A stretch of DNA of 64,000 bases from an uncultured bacterium (GTDB lineage: Bacteria > Chlamydiota > Chlamydiia > Chlamydiales > FEN-1388). Shown here one piece after another: positions 8,677-17,987 of this stretch (positions are counted from its first letter, which is position 1; each line of letters starts with the position of its first letter). The stretch spans positions 5-64,004 of the forward strand of contig CAZASK010000009.1 of NCBI GenBank assembly GCA_964487845.1, in the 5' to 3' direction. Position numbers and translations under genes: made by a program. The notes under the pieces are model-generated. The model ran no database searches and was not told the DNA's origin. It was given only the letters and a program-made list of their open reading frames with translations.

Positions 8677-9705
8677 ATGCAGCAATCAATCGACACTATT
8701 AAGCAGCAATTCGAGCAAGAGCTAGCGCAGATTCATGCACTGAAAGACGTAGAAGCGCTCAATGTAAAATATTTGGGTAAAAAAGGTGTTATTGCAGACC
8801 AGATGCGTTTTTTGCGTGATGTAAGCGCTGAAGACAAGCCGCGTTATGGTAAGTTATTTAATGATCTGAAGGTAGGAATAGAAGCAGCTCTTGAGGCAAC
8901 AAAAAGCCGCCTTACACTTCAAGAAGAATCAGCAAGACTTGACTTAGAAAAAATTGACGTAACGCTGCCTGGTAGAAGGGGACACGTAGGTTCGAAGCAT
9001 CCCATTACGCAAGTGATGGATGAGATGATTTCGATCTTTGTAGAGATGGGGTTTTCGGTAGAGTCAAGTCCTGAGATCGAGACAGATTATTATAATTTTG
9101 ATATTTTGAACTTTCAGCCAGATCATCCTGCAAAGGACATGCAAGATACCTTTTATGTGGCGCCTCATGTATTGCTGAGAACTCATACAAGCAATTCACA
9201 AGGAAGGGTCATGGAGAGTTCTGAGCCACCTTTTCGCTTTATCTCGCCGGGCCGTTGCTTTCGTAATGAAACTGTTTCTGCCCGTTCACATGTCTTCTTT
9301 CATCAAATCGAAGGCTTGTATGTGGATGAGGGAGTATCGCTGCAGGATATGATGGCCACGTTAAATCTCTTTTTGCAAAAATTTTTTAAAAAACAGGTTT
9401 CCACGCGCTTTCGACCAAGCTATTTTCCCTTTGTTGAGCCAGGATGTGAGGTAGATATTGGCTGTTTTCTTTGCAATGAGCAGGGATGTGCAGTCTGCAA
9501 GCATTCAGGTTGGCTTGAGATTTTAGGATGCGGCATGATTCATCCACAGGTGCTGCGCAATTGTGGCATAGATAGTGAAAAGTATACTGGTTTTGCGTGG
9601 GGTATGGGTATTGAAAGAGTACTTATGCTGCAGTATGGAATTCCTGATATCCGAATTCTTTCTGAAAATGACCTTAAATTTTTATCACAGTATAGGTCAG
9701 TGTAG
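8677..9705 (+). CDS. pheS: phenylalanine--tRNA ligase alpha subunit
   Basis: Class II motifs: HPITQV, FRFISPGRCFRNE, GFAWGMGIERVLM. ATG 8677 is preceded by AAGAGGG. The track start at 8611 would place the terminator hairpin inside the CDS. Confidence 0.9.
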   Translation: MQQSIDTIKQQFEQELAQIHALKDVEALNVKYLGKKGVIADQMRFLRDVSAEDKPRYGKLFNDLKVGIEAALEATKSRLTLQEESARLDLEKIDVTLPGRRGHVGSKHPITQVMDEMISIFVEMGFSVESSPEIETDYYNFDILNFQPDHPAKDMQDTFYVAPHVLLRTHTSNSQGRVMESSEPPFRFISPGRCFRNETVSARSHVFFHQIEGLYVDEGVSLQDMMATLNLFLQKFFKKQVSTRFRPSYFPFVEPGCEVDIGCFLCNEQGCAVCKHSGWLEILGCGMIHPQVLRNCGIDSEKYTGFAWGMGIERVLMLQYGIPDIRILSENDLKFLSQYRSV

Positions 9706-9708
9706 TCT

Positions 9709-10578
9709 ATGCGTTTAGAGTGGATCGTAAGCCAAGAGATGAGTGGCAAAAAATTGATTGATTTTCTGAAGGCAAGTCATGAAGATAAATCGCTTTCTTT
9801 AAGACAAATCAAGCGGTGGGTAGATAAAGGGCTTTGCAGCGTCAATGGCACGTGTCAGCGCTTTAGCGCCAAGCCTATTGCATTTAGAGACCGTGTTACT
9901 CTTGTGCTACCAGAGGAAAATGAAAAGCGTATACAATTTGATGAAAGCAATATCTTGTATGAAGATGACTCTGTTTTGGCGTACAATAAGCCTATGGGTT
10001 TAGCTTGTGATCCTAAAAGCATCGCGGCCTTTTTTCCGAATACCAAGCTTCTTCTTGCTCATAGACTTGATAAGGACACAACAGGTGTGGTTTTATTGGG
10101 AAAGACTCCTGAGATTCGTGATGCAATCATGGATCAGTTCAAGGTTGGAAAAATCAAAAAAGAGTATCTTGCAATCGTTGATCATACTATTATCAAAAAC
10201 AAGGGATCTATTGTAAAGCAGCTTGCGCCTAAACGTCACTACCAAGGACAGACTGTATGGTCCGTAGTACAAGAAGAGGGGCTTTATGCTCGCACCGACT
10301 GGGAATGCGTCAAAAAGGCAAAGACTGCAAGCTTGGTGCGTTTATTCCCGCTGACAGGACGCACTCATCAGATACGTGTACACATGAGCTCTATAGGTCA
10401 TCCTCTGCTAGGAGATCGCCAATATGGCGGCCATGCCAGCCGAGCATACGAGTCGTGGAGTTATTTTTTACATGCAGAGAAGATTTCATTTGTTCATCCG
10501 ATCACCCATCAGCGAATTTTGATAACTGCCCCACTGCCGAAGCAATTTCAAGACGCGGTTTTCGCTATTTTTGGATAG
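9709..10578 (+). CDS. RluA-family 23S rRNA pseudouridine synthase
   Basis: S4-like N-terminus. Catalytic motif HRLDKDTTGVVLLGK. C-terminal LTGRTHQIRVHM. Confidence 0.85.
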   Translation: MRLEWIVSQEMSGKKLIDFLKASHEDKSLSLRQIKRWVDKGLCSVNGTCQRFSAKPIAFRDRVTLVLPEENEKRIQFDESNILYEDDSVLAYNKPMGLACDPKSIAAFFPNTKLLLAHRLDKDTTGVVLLGKTPEIRDAIMDQFKVGKIKKEYLAIVDHTIIKNKGSIVKQLAPKRHYQGQTVWSVVQEEGLYARTDWECVKKAKTASLVRLFPLTGRTHQIRVHMSSIGHPLLGDRQYGGHASRAYESWSYFLHAEKISFVHPITHQRILITAPLPKQFQDAVFAIFG

Positions 10579-11656
10579 ACTTATGCGATTTTTGATTGTA
10601 AAAACTTCTGCATTTGGTGACGTCGTTCAAGCTTTTTGTGTTCTGAACTACCTCAAGGCCATCAGGCCAGGGTGTACCATTGACTGGGTAGTTGAAAAGA
10701 AAATTGCCCCCATTGTGCGCGCGCATCCATTGGTTGACCGCGTGATTGAAATCGATGCAAAGCGTTGGAAAAAGAGAATATGGGATTATCGTTCATGGAC
10801 GGGCCTGTTTTCCTTCCTTGGAGATTTAAGAAAGGAAAGCTATGACGCTGTGTTTGATCTACAAGGGAATTTGAAATCAGGATTGATAGACTTTTTTACT
10901 CGCACGCATACACGTGTAGGTTTTGGGTGGAAGACCGCTCCAGAGAGAATTAACTGTACTTTTACATCGCACCGTTCAAATCCTCCTCGAGGGCAAAACA
11001 TTAGGCGCGACTATCTTTTTGTTGTGCAAAACTATTTTAAAGATTTTTTTCAAACGCCTTACGAGGTTATCGATTTTTCACTTACAGAAAAAGAGCAAGC
11101 TACTGTTTCCTCAATTGAGCAGCACTTAGGTCCTTGTGCATGGATGATTTGCCCAGGCTCTGCTTGGAAAAATAAAATTCTACCAGAAGAGAAGCTGCAG
11201 CAATTTTTGCTGTCATCACAAGAAGCATTTTGTCCAAAGTTTATCTTTATATGGGGGACGCCTCAAGAAAAAGAGGCTGCTGAGCGATTAGCAAAGGCAG
11301 TTCCTGGATCTATAGTATCGCCAGCACTTACTTTGCCAGAGTTGCAACAGCTTATGAAAAAAGTGGAATTGATTGTTTCAATGGATTCCTTTCCTTTGCA
11401 CTTAGCTGGAACTACAAATACAGCTACTTTTAGTTTTTTTGGACCAACGGTAAGCTATAAATATCGTCCGATAGGCGAAAATCATTTTTCATTCCAAGGT
11501 TCATGTCCCTATGGATTTACCTTTGACAAGAGATGCCGATTACTACGAAGTTGTGCGAAGGCTCCATGTCTTACAAGTCAGGAATCTGCACATCTGTTTC
11601 AGCCATTTCAAGACTGGTGGACTCAGAAAAAGAGCGCATTAGCACATCGAAATTGA
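10571..11656 (+). CDS. glycosyltransferase family 9 (LPS heptosyltransferase-like)
   Basis: RFLIVKTSAFGDVVQAFCVLNYLK N-terminus and C-terminal SMDSFPLHLA resemble the GT9 fold signature. Confidence 0.7.
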   Translation: MDRLMRFLIVKTSAFGDVVQAFCVLNYLKAIRPGCTIDWVVEKKIAPIVRAHPLVDRVIEIDAKRWKKRIWDYRSWTGLFSFLGDLRKESYDAVFDLQGNLKSGLIDFFTRTHTRVGFGWKTAPERINCTFTSHRSNPPRGQNIRRDYLFVVQNYFKDFFQTPYEVIDFSLTEKEQATVSSIEQHLGPCAWMICPGSAWKNKILPEEKLQQFLLSSQEAFCPKFIFIWGTPQEKEAAERLAKAVPGSIVSPALTLPELQQLMKKVELIVSMDSFPLHLAGTTNTATFSFFGPTVSYKYRPIGENHFSFQGSCPYGFTFDKRCRLLRSCAKAPCLTSQESAHLFQPFQDWWTQKKSALAHRN

Positions 11657-12707
11657 CATGTTCTTCTACAAGGTGAATCGCGCTGTCTACTTTTACTGTA
11701 TCTTCATTCCGAATTTTTGCAGTGAAGGTAGTGATCGTCTTCATGACGTCATAGCATGAGAGTGGCGTAAAAAGAACAGGTACCTGGCTTGCCTGTATTT
11801 TTGTAAGCGTTGCCTCTGAGGGAGCATCAGCTCCTGTTAAGATGACGCCGCATTCTAGGTGGCTATTGCTTTCTTGTAATATCTCATCCACGATGTCTAC
11901 TCTACAAGCTGGCGTTATGAGAAGTTGTTGTGGCCCCATCTCTTTGCGATAGGAATTCAATGAGCCAGCTATGAGCTTGATATCTGTGTAGTGTCTGAGC
12001 CTATGCTCGTGTCCTGATAGAAGAGAGGTGCCAAAGAGAGATTCGTAGTCTTTCATCATGGGGATGCTGAGAAGTGGCTGGAAGGGGATACATCCAATCA
12101 AAGGGATTCCATAGAGAGAGAGCGATTTGGGAAAGTACTCAAGAATCATCTCGCGCTTGCTTTCATGCACCTTATTGAGGATGACGCCACGTACAGAGAC
12201 GCCATACGCCTGACACATATTGATGTTGAGCGCTAATTCATCAAAGGTAGAGCCTAGCCCTCCAGTGGCTATCATGACAACATCAAGACCGAGATGTTTC
12301 GCGATTTTTGCATTATTGAGGTGAAAGATCGATCCAACACCAATATGGCCAGTGCCTTCTACAAGGACAAAGTCATTGTGGGCTGCCAATGTTTGGTAGC
12401 TCTTTGCTATTTTTTCCAAGAGCTTTTCTTCAGTGACTTTGTGGTCCAAAAAATCTCTAGTGAAGCCATGCGGACATATGACGGGGCTCATAGCAGCGTA
12501 GCTAGAGGAAAGGTGGAAGTGGTCTTTGAACAAGATGACATCTTTATCGACTTCAGTGCCTTCGGAAGAGAGGCGGTGCTGTTGCCCGACAGGCTTTAAA
12601 AAGCCGACTGCAGGAAGCCTCTTAGTAAGGCCCGAGAGGAGGCCAAGGCATACCGTTGTTTTGCCTACATTTTGACCTGTTGCTGCAATAAATACTGCTT
12701 TTTTCAT
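11571..12707 (-). CDS. BioD-like P-loop plus DRTGG domain protein (phosphotransacetylase N-terminal-like)
   Basis: MKKAVFIAATGQNVGKTTVCLGL P-loop, EGTGH, and C-terminal ILTGADAP...VPVLFTP (DRTGG-like). Its 3' end overlaps the convergent GT9 gene by 86 nt. Confidence 0.6.
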   Translation of the reverse strand: MKKAVFIAATGQNVGKTTVCLGLLSGLTKRLPAVGFLKPVGQQHRLSSEGTEVDKDVILFKDHFHLSSSYAAMSPVICPHGFTRDFLDHKVTEEKLLEKIAKSYQTLAAHNDFVLVEGTGHIGVGSIFHLNNAKIAKHLGLDVVMIATGGLGSTFDELALNINMCQAYGVSVRGVILNKVHESKREMILEYFPKSLSLYGIPLIGCIPFQPLLSIPMMKDYESLFGTSLLSGHEHRLRHYTDIKLIAGSLNSYRKEMGPQQLLITPACRVDIVDEILQESNSHLECGVILTGADAPSEATLTKIQASQVPVLFTPLSCYDVMKTITTFTAKIRNEDTVKVDSAIHLVEEHVNFDVLMRSFSESTSLEMAETDVQIPDL

Positions 12708-12762
12708 ATACTTTGTGATCGTATCTGATTTATTAATTAACGACACATCCTAAAAATTCAAG

Positions 12763-13389
12763 ATGAGTGTATCCATGCAACCCAATAGCCAATTTCAAAA
12801 ATTATGCGACATTATAGACACACTTCTTGGACCGAATGGCTGTCCATGGGATCGCAAGCAGACCTTAGAATCTCTCAGAGAGCACTTGCTTGAAGAGACA
12901 CATGAAGTCATTGAAGCTATCACGCACAAGCAAGGCGCCGAGGCTCTTGCGGAAGAGTTGGGTGATCTTATAGGAATGGCCATCTTTGTAGGAAAGTTGG
13001 CAGAAAAAGATAAGCTGTGTACGGTGCACGACGCTTGTCAAGCAGCTGTGGATAAACTCATCAGGCGTCATCCGCATATCTTTTTAGAAAAAAAAGACCT
13101 TTCTCCAGATGAGGTGGTGACGCAGTGGAACGAGCTGAAGAAATTAGAGAAGGGAAAGGTTATAGATGTGTATGAGCGTTTGCCAAAAACGCTGCCGGCT
13201 CTTCAGTGTGCACAAGAAATTATACGCAAATTTCCAATAGATGCCCCAGAAGGCCAGCGTAAAACAGAAGAAGAAATTGGATCTGAGCTCTACCATATTG
13301 TCGCTCAAGCAGAGGCATCAGGGGTGAATGCAGAATTCGCTCTACGTAAGACAATAGAAGAGATGCGTAAAACAAGGAATATAGTATAA
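12763..13389 (+). CDS. mazG: nucleoside triphosphate pyrophosphohydrolase MazG
   Basis: CPWDRKQTLESLREHLLEETHEVIEAI and RRHPHIF are MazG motifs. Confidence 0.85.
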   Translation: MSVSMQPNSQFQKLCDIIDTLLGPNGCPWDRKQTLESLREHLLEETHEVIEAITHKQGAEALAEELGDLIGMAIFVGKLAEKDKLCTVHDACQAAVDKLIRRHPHIFLEKKDLSPDEVVTQWNELKKLEKGKVIDVYERLPKTLPALQCAQEIIRKFPIDAPEGQRKTEEEIGSELYHIVAQAEASGVNAEFALRKTIEEMRKTRNIV

Positions 13390-13427
13390 AACAGGCTCCA
13401 GAGGGAATTGCAACGCTGGAGCAAGTT

Positions 13428-14876
13428 ATGGCAAAAGTTTTAGTCACGGGAGCAAATGGATTTGTAGGCAAGCGCCTTGTCTTGCATCTTATCCATGAAG
13501 GGCACCAAGTATATGCGTTGTGCCGTATTAAGGGGGCGCAAGTTTTCCCTGAGCATATGCCAAATCTTCACTACATATGGGGTGATCTCAGAAATCCTGA
13601 AACGATTACACTGATTCCAAAAGAGATTGAAGCGGCCTATTATCTTGTTCACTCCATGTCTGAAATCGTTGGCGATCTGATAGAAACAGAGATGGCAGTT
13701 GCACATCAGTTTTTGAAAGCTCTCAAAAATTCTGAGGTGAAGCAGATAGTTTATTTAGGCGGTATCATCAACGATGAACAACAGCTGTCTTCTCATCTTC
13801 AATCACGCTTATTAGTCGAAAAAATACTTCAGAAAAGTGGTATTCCGTGCACCGTATTACGTGCAAGTATCATCATCGGCCCAGGAAGTGCATCATTTGA
13901 AATTATAAGAGATTTATGTGAAAAGCTTCCTGTGATGGTAGCTCCTAAGTGGGTTAAATCACGCTGTCAGCCCATTTTCATTGCCGATGTTCTTTTTTAT
14001 CTTTCTCACGTGTTACTGCACGCACGATGTGTGAACAAAACTTTTGATATTGGGGGCCCTGAAGTGCTTACATTTAAAGAGGTTTTGTTAAAATATGCCC
14101 AATTTCGAAATCTCAAAAGATGGATTATCGACACACCATTTCTTACCCCTCGTTTATCAAGCTACTGGCTCGTCTTTATTACTTCTGTGCGCTATTCGCT
14201 TTGCTCCTATTTGGTTGAGAGCATGAAGACAAATAGCGTGGTACAGTTGGATGAAATAAAAAAAATCATCCCACATACCTGCTATAGTTATACGGAGGCA
14301 TTGAAATTGTCATTTCAAAAAATTTCACAAAATGAAGTCATCTCGAGTTGGATGGATTCATGGGAAGTGCTTGGAGTGGATCCCAGTCTCGAAAAATATA
14401 TTCAAGTGCCTTGTGAAGGCTGCTTACAAGATAGGCAGAAGGTCTTAGTCAAAGATTCTAAATCAGCAGCTATTGAGCGTATTTGGAGACTAGGTGGGAG
14501 CGTTGGCTACTATGCCATGGACTGGGCATGGCGTGTAAGAGGTTTGTTGGATCAGATGATAGGAGGCGTTGGCCTCAATAGAGGAAGGCGCCACCCATCA
14601 GAGATTCAAGCCGGCGATTCTATTGATTTTTGGAGAGTGGTTCTTGCAGATAAAGATGCTGCTCGTCTAATTCTTTTTGCAGGGATGAAGGTTCCTGGTG
14701 AAGCGTGGCTTCAGTTTTCATTTGAAAACGAAGGAGACAAGCTTTTTCTTGTGCAGACAGCCACCTTTCGCCCTAGGGGATTATTGGGTCGTCTGTACTG
14801 GTACGCTCTTACGCCGTTTCATTTTTTTATTTTCCGAAAGATGGCAAGGGCGTTGGCTGGTCAAACAAGAGTATAA
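13428..14876 (+). CDS. NAD(P)-binding SDR-family protein with a DUF2867-like C-terminal domain
   Basis: Rossmann motif VLVTGANGFVGKRLV. Long C-terminal extension of the kind seen in SDR-DUF2867 fusions. Confidence 0.65.
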   Translation: MAKVLVTGANGFVGKRLVLHLIHEGHQVYALCRIKGAQVFPEHMPNLHYIWGDLRNPETITLIPKEIEAAYYLVHSMSEIVGDLIETEMAVAHQFLKALKNSEVKQIVYLGGIINDEQQLSSHLQSRLLVEKILQKSGIPCTVLRASIIIGPGSASFEIIRDLCEKLPVMVAPKWVKSRCQPIFIADVLFYLSHVLLHARCVNKTFDIGGPEVLTFKEVLLKYAQFRNLKRWIIDTPFLTPRLSSYWLVFITSVRYSLCSYLVESMKTNSVVQLDEIKKIIPHTCYSYTEALKLSFQKISQNEVISSWMDSWEVLGVDPSLEKYIQVPCEGCLQDRQKVLVKDSKSAAIERIWRLGGSVGYYAMDWAWRVRGLLDQMIGGVGLNRGRRHPSEIQAGDSIDFWRVVLADKDAARLILFAGMKVPGEAWLQFSFENEGDKLFLVQTATFRPRGLLGRLYWYALTPFHFFIFRKMARALAGQTRV

Positions 14877-14883
14877 AAATCTA

Positions 14884-14909
14884 ATATATCTGCACAATAT
14901 ATCTGCACA
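14884..14909. repeat. perfect tandem duplication of a 13-mer (ATATATCTGCACA x2)
   Basis: Read directly from the sequence. Lies ~60 nt upstream of the LRR-ankyrin gene start. Confidence 0.7.
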
Positions 14910-14967
14910 CTTTTGATGTTTTTTATATATGTGCTATAGTTATGTAAAAGTTGAATATAGAGTATAT

Positions 14968-17900
14968 ATGCAGCCGATAAAAAATTTGCAGCAACTTACT
15001 CTGGATACGCTTGTTGAGCAGGTGTCTGAAGGAAAGTTTTCTCCTAAAGGTATTAGTGGTCCCATAGCCAATAAAATTGTGGAAGCTGCTTTTAAAAAAT
15101 TAAAAGAAAACGAGGCGCTTTCTGAAGAGAGATGGAGGGGGATATCGTGCACTGAACTGAACACCAACGCTTTATCTTCTACAAACATAAAAATTTTATG
15201 TAAATTATGGGGGATGGAATTAAAAAAACTGGGTATTTCAAGCGGAGATTTTAAGGATTTTATTTTTACGTCTGATCCATTTCCAAAATTGGAGTCGTTG
15301 CATATATGCAACCCAAGAGATTTAACAAAAGAGAGTTTGCTAAAATTATGCGAAAAAATACCAGAAACATTGCAAGAATTTGTTGTTACTGAGTGTGAGC
15401 ATCTCGACGATGAGGTTATAGCCATTCTTTCAAAAAAATGTCCTCATTTAAAGATATTAAACGTGAGCGGGTATAACAAGGTTACGAAAGTTGGATCACA
15501 TTTCAAAGAACTTCAAGAACTAGATGTGTCTCGTACACAATTTACGGAAAAATCAATAGAAGAACTTGGAGGGTATCAACTCGATTCTATTAATTTATCT
15601 TACACTTCGATTGAAGATAAAGGGATTGAACTCCTCTCACAAAAATGTCCTGAATTAAAGATATTACATCTGTGCGGTTGTAAAAAGGTTACGAAGGTTG
15701 GATCAAATTTCAAAAAACTGCAGGGACTTGATGTATCTTATACAAAGTTTACGGATACATCAATAGACGAGCTAAAGGAGAATCAACTTAATTCTATTAA
15801 CATATCTCATACTCAGGTTGACAACACAGGTGTTAAATCGCTAGCGAATAGTAAAAATGGAAATACTCTTGAAGCATGTGTGATGAATGGCTGTTCTTCG
15901 ATCAGTGAATTGCCGGAGAGTTTTTCAAAAATGAAGTTCTTGGGTATTGCAGGTACAAAGATCACAGCACTACCTCGTAATATGTGCTCAGCAACAACTA
16001 TTGATGGCGTTCCGATGCTGCAGCAGGCGATGATGGATAAAAACGAATCGCTTTTTTCTTTTTTACTAGAAAGTTTGAATGAGAAAGAACTGATTGCTCA
16101 GGATAGGAGTGGAAATACAGCTCTTCATTATGCTTGTAAGCAGAAACAAAAAACAAATGTACAAGCACTAATTGAAAAAATGGATCAGTCAACATTAGGC
16201 ATTCAGGATCACGATGGGAAATCGGCTCTCAACCTCGCTATCGAATATAGGCTGACGGACATTGCCGTACAGCTTATTCATAAAATGAATCCTGACGATT
16301 TGAGCCATCAAGATAAAGAATTAGGACGACCTCTGTGGCTTGCAGTCATGTTTGACATGGACGATGTTGCAGCTGCTTTGATTGAAAAGATGCATTCTAA
16401 AAACTTGCAGCTTCAAGGCAAGAATGGACTGACACCTCTACATTTAGCTTGCCTGAAGGGCCGAAGTAATGTTGCAAAAGCCTTGATTGAAAAAATGAAT
16501 GCATCGGCGCTAAGCATACAGGATAAAGAGAAGGAATTGGCACTGCATTATGCTATTGGAAAGGACATGGACCATGTTGCAGTAGAGCTTATTAAAAAAA
16601 TGAATCCCCAAGATTTGAAGCATCGAAACAATGATGGTGATACAGCTCTCCACCTCGCATGTAAACGTAAGAACCCAGAAATTGTAAGTGCTTTGATTAA
16701 AAAAATGGATCAGTCAACATTAGCTATTCAGGATCACGATGGGAGTACAGCTCTAGAATTGGCGATTGACTTTGGACTAGATGATATTGCGGGCGATCTT
16801 ATTAAAAATATGAATTCTGAAGGTTTGAAGAAGCAAGACAAGTATGGTCGTACAGTCCTTCATACAGCTTGTCTGTATAACAGAGTAGAAGTTGCTCAAG
16901 CTTTGATTAAAAAAATGGATCAGTCAACATTATGTATCCAGAATAAAGATGGACAAACAGCTCTGCACAACGCGATTGAAAATAAGGCTAGCGACGTTGC
17001 AATAGCCCTTATTGAAAAAATGAACTCTAAAGATTTAAAACTGCAAGATTGCAATATGGATACAGCGCTGCACAAGGCGGTTTGGAAGAATAAAAACGAC
17101 GTTGCAATAGCCCTTATCGAAAAAATGAACTCTAAAGATTTAAAGTTGCAAGATAATAGAGGGGACACATGCTTGCATATGGCGTGTGCGTATACGCGAG
17201 TAGAAGTAGCGAAATTGCTGATCGAAAAAATGGATGAATCGGCACTTGGTATTCAAAATAAGGAAGGACGGCTAGCGCTGTACTGGGCGATTGAAAATAA
17301 GCATAGCGACATTGCAAAAGCTCTTATCCAAAAAATGAATCCTAAAGATTTAAAACTCCAAGGTAAGAAAAAACGAACGCCTCTTCATCATGCTGCTGAT
17401 AAAGAATTTGACGACATTGCTATGGAGTTGATTCAAAAGATGGGGTTTGAGGGTTTAAAGATTCAAGATTATCAAGGTTGTACGCCTCTTCATTTAGCTT
17501 GCCTGAAGGGCCGAAGTAATGTTGCAAAAGCCTTGATTGAAAAAATGGATGAATCGGCGCTAAGCATACAGGATAAAAAGAAGGAATTGGCACTGCATTT
17601 TGCTGTTGGCAATGACATGGATGATGTTGCAGTAGAGCTTATTCAAAAAATGAATCCAGACGATTTGAAGCATCAAAACGATGATGGTGATACAGCTCTT
17701 CATGAAGCTTGCCGAAGAAGTCGTGTAGAAGTCGCGAAATTACTGATCGAAAAAATGGATGAATCGACACTTGGTATTCAAGGGCGGGGAAAAAAGACAG
17801 CCTTGCATCTTGCTATTGAAAAGAAGTTGGGCGATGTTGCGGTAGCACTTATTGAAAAGATGCGCATTGAAGACTTGAGCCTACAAGATAGTAAGAAGTC

Positions 17901-17985
17901 AAATGCTCTATGTTACGCTTTGGAATACAAATTACAAGATGTTCTCGATGTTCTGATACCGAAAGTCGAATCTGAAGATAAATAA
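14968..17985 (+). CDS. large LRR plus ankyrin-repeat protein (eukaryote-like, effector candidate)
   Basis: N-terminal third carries FBXL/AMN1-type cysteine-containing LRRs (CPxLKILxxxGCxKVT repeated). The remainder is about 20 ankyrin repeats (G.TALH.A......VA.ALIEKM). Near-identical internal DNA duplications are present. Confidence 0.85.
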   Translation: MQPIKNLQQLTLDTLVEQVSEGKFSPKGISGPIANKIVEAAFKKLKENEALSEERWRGISCTELNTNALSSTNIKILCKLWGMELKKLGISSGDFKDFIFTSDPFPKLESLHICNPRDLTKESLLKLCEKIPETLQEFVVTECEHLDDEVIAILSKKCPHLKILNVSGYNKVTKVGSHFKELQELDVSRTQFTEKSIEELGGYQLDSINLSYTSIEDKGIELLSQKCPELKILHLCGCKKVTKVGSNFKKLQGLDVSYTKFTDTSIDELKENQLNSINISHTQVDNTGVKSLANSKNGNTLEACVMNGCSSISELPESFSKMKFLGIAGTKITALPRNMCSATTIDGVPMLQQAMMDKNESLFSFLLESLNEKELIAQDRSGNTALHYACKQKQKTNVQALIEKMDQSTLGIQDHDGKSALNLAIEYRLTDIAVQLIHKMNPDDLSHQDKELGRPLWLAVMFDMDDVAAALIEKMHSKNLQLQGKNGLTPLHLACLKGRSNVAKALIEKMNASALSIQDKEKELALHYAIGKDMDHVAVELIKKMNPQDLKHRNNDGDTALHLACKRKNPEIVSALIKKMDQSTLAIQDHDGSTALELAIDFGLDDIAGDLIKNMNSEGLKKQDKYGRTVLHTACLYNRVEVAQALIKKMDQSTLCIQNKDGQTALHNAIENKASDVAIALIEKMNSKDLKLQDCNMDTALHKAVWKNKNDVAIALIEKMNSKDLKLQDNRGDTCLHMACAYTRVEVAKLLIEKMDESALGIQNKEGRLALYWAIENKHSDIAKALIQKMNPKDLKLQGKKKRTPLHHAADKEFDDIAMELIQKMGFEGLKIQDYQGCTPLHLACLKGRSNVAKALIEKMDESALSIQDKKKELALHFAVGNDMDDVAVELIQKMNPDDLKHQNDDGDTALHEACRRSRVEVAKLLIEKMDESTLGIQGRGKKTALHLAIEKKLGDVAVALIEKMRIEDLSLQDSKKSNALCYALEYKLQDVLDVLIPKVESEDK

Positions 17986-17987
17986 AA

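Noticed and set aside
16000-17900. Regularly spaced ~100-bp DNA repeats that could superficially suggest a CRISPR array or VNTR.
   Set aside because: The repeats lie in one long ORF and translate to ankyrin repeats. The spacers are also homologous to each other, and no cas genes are present.
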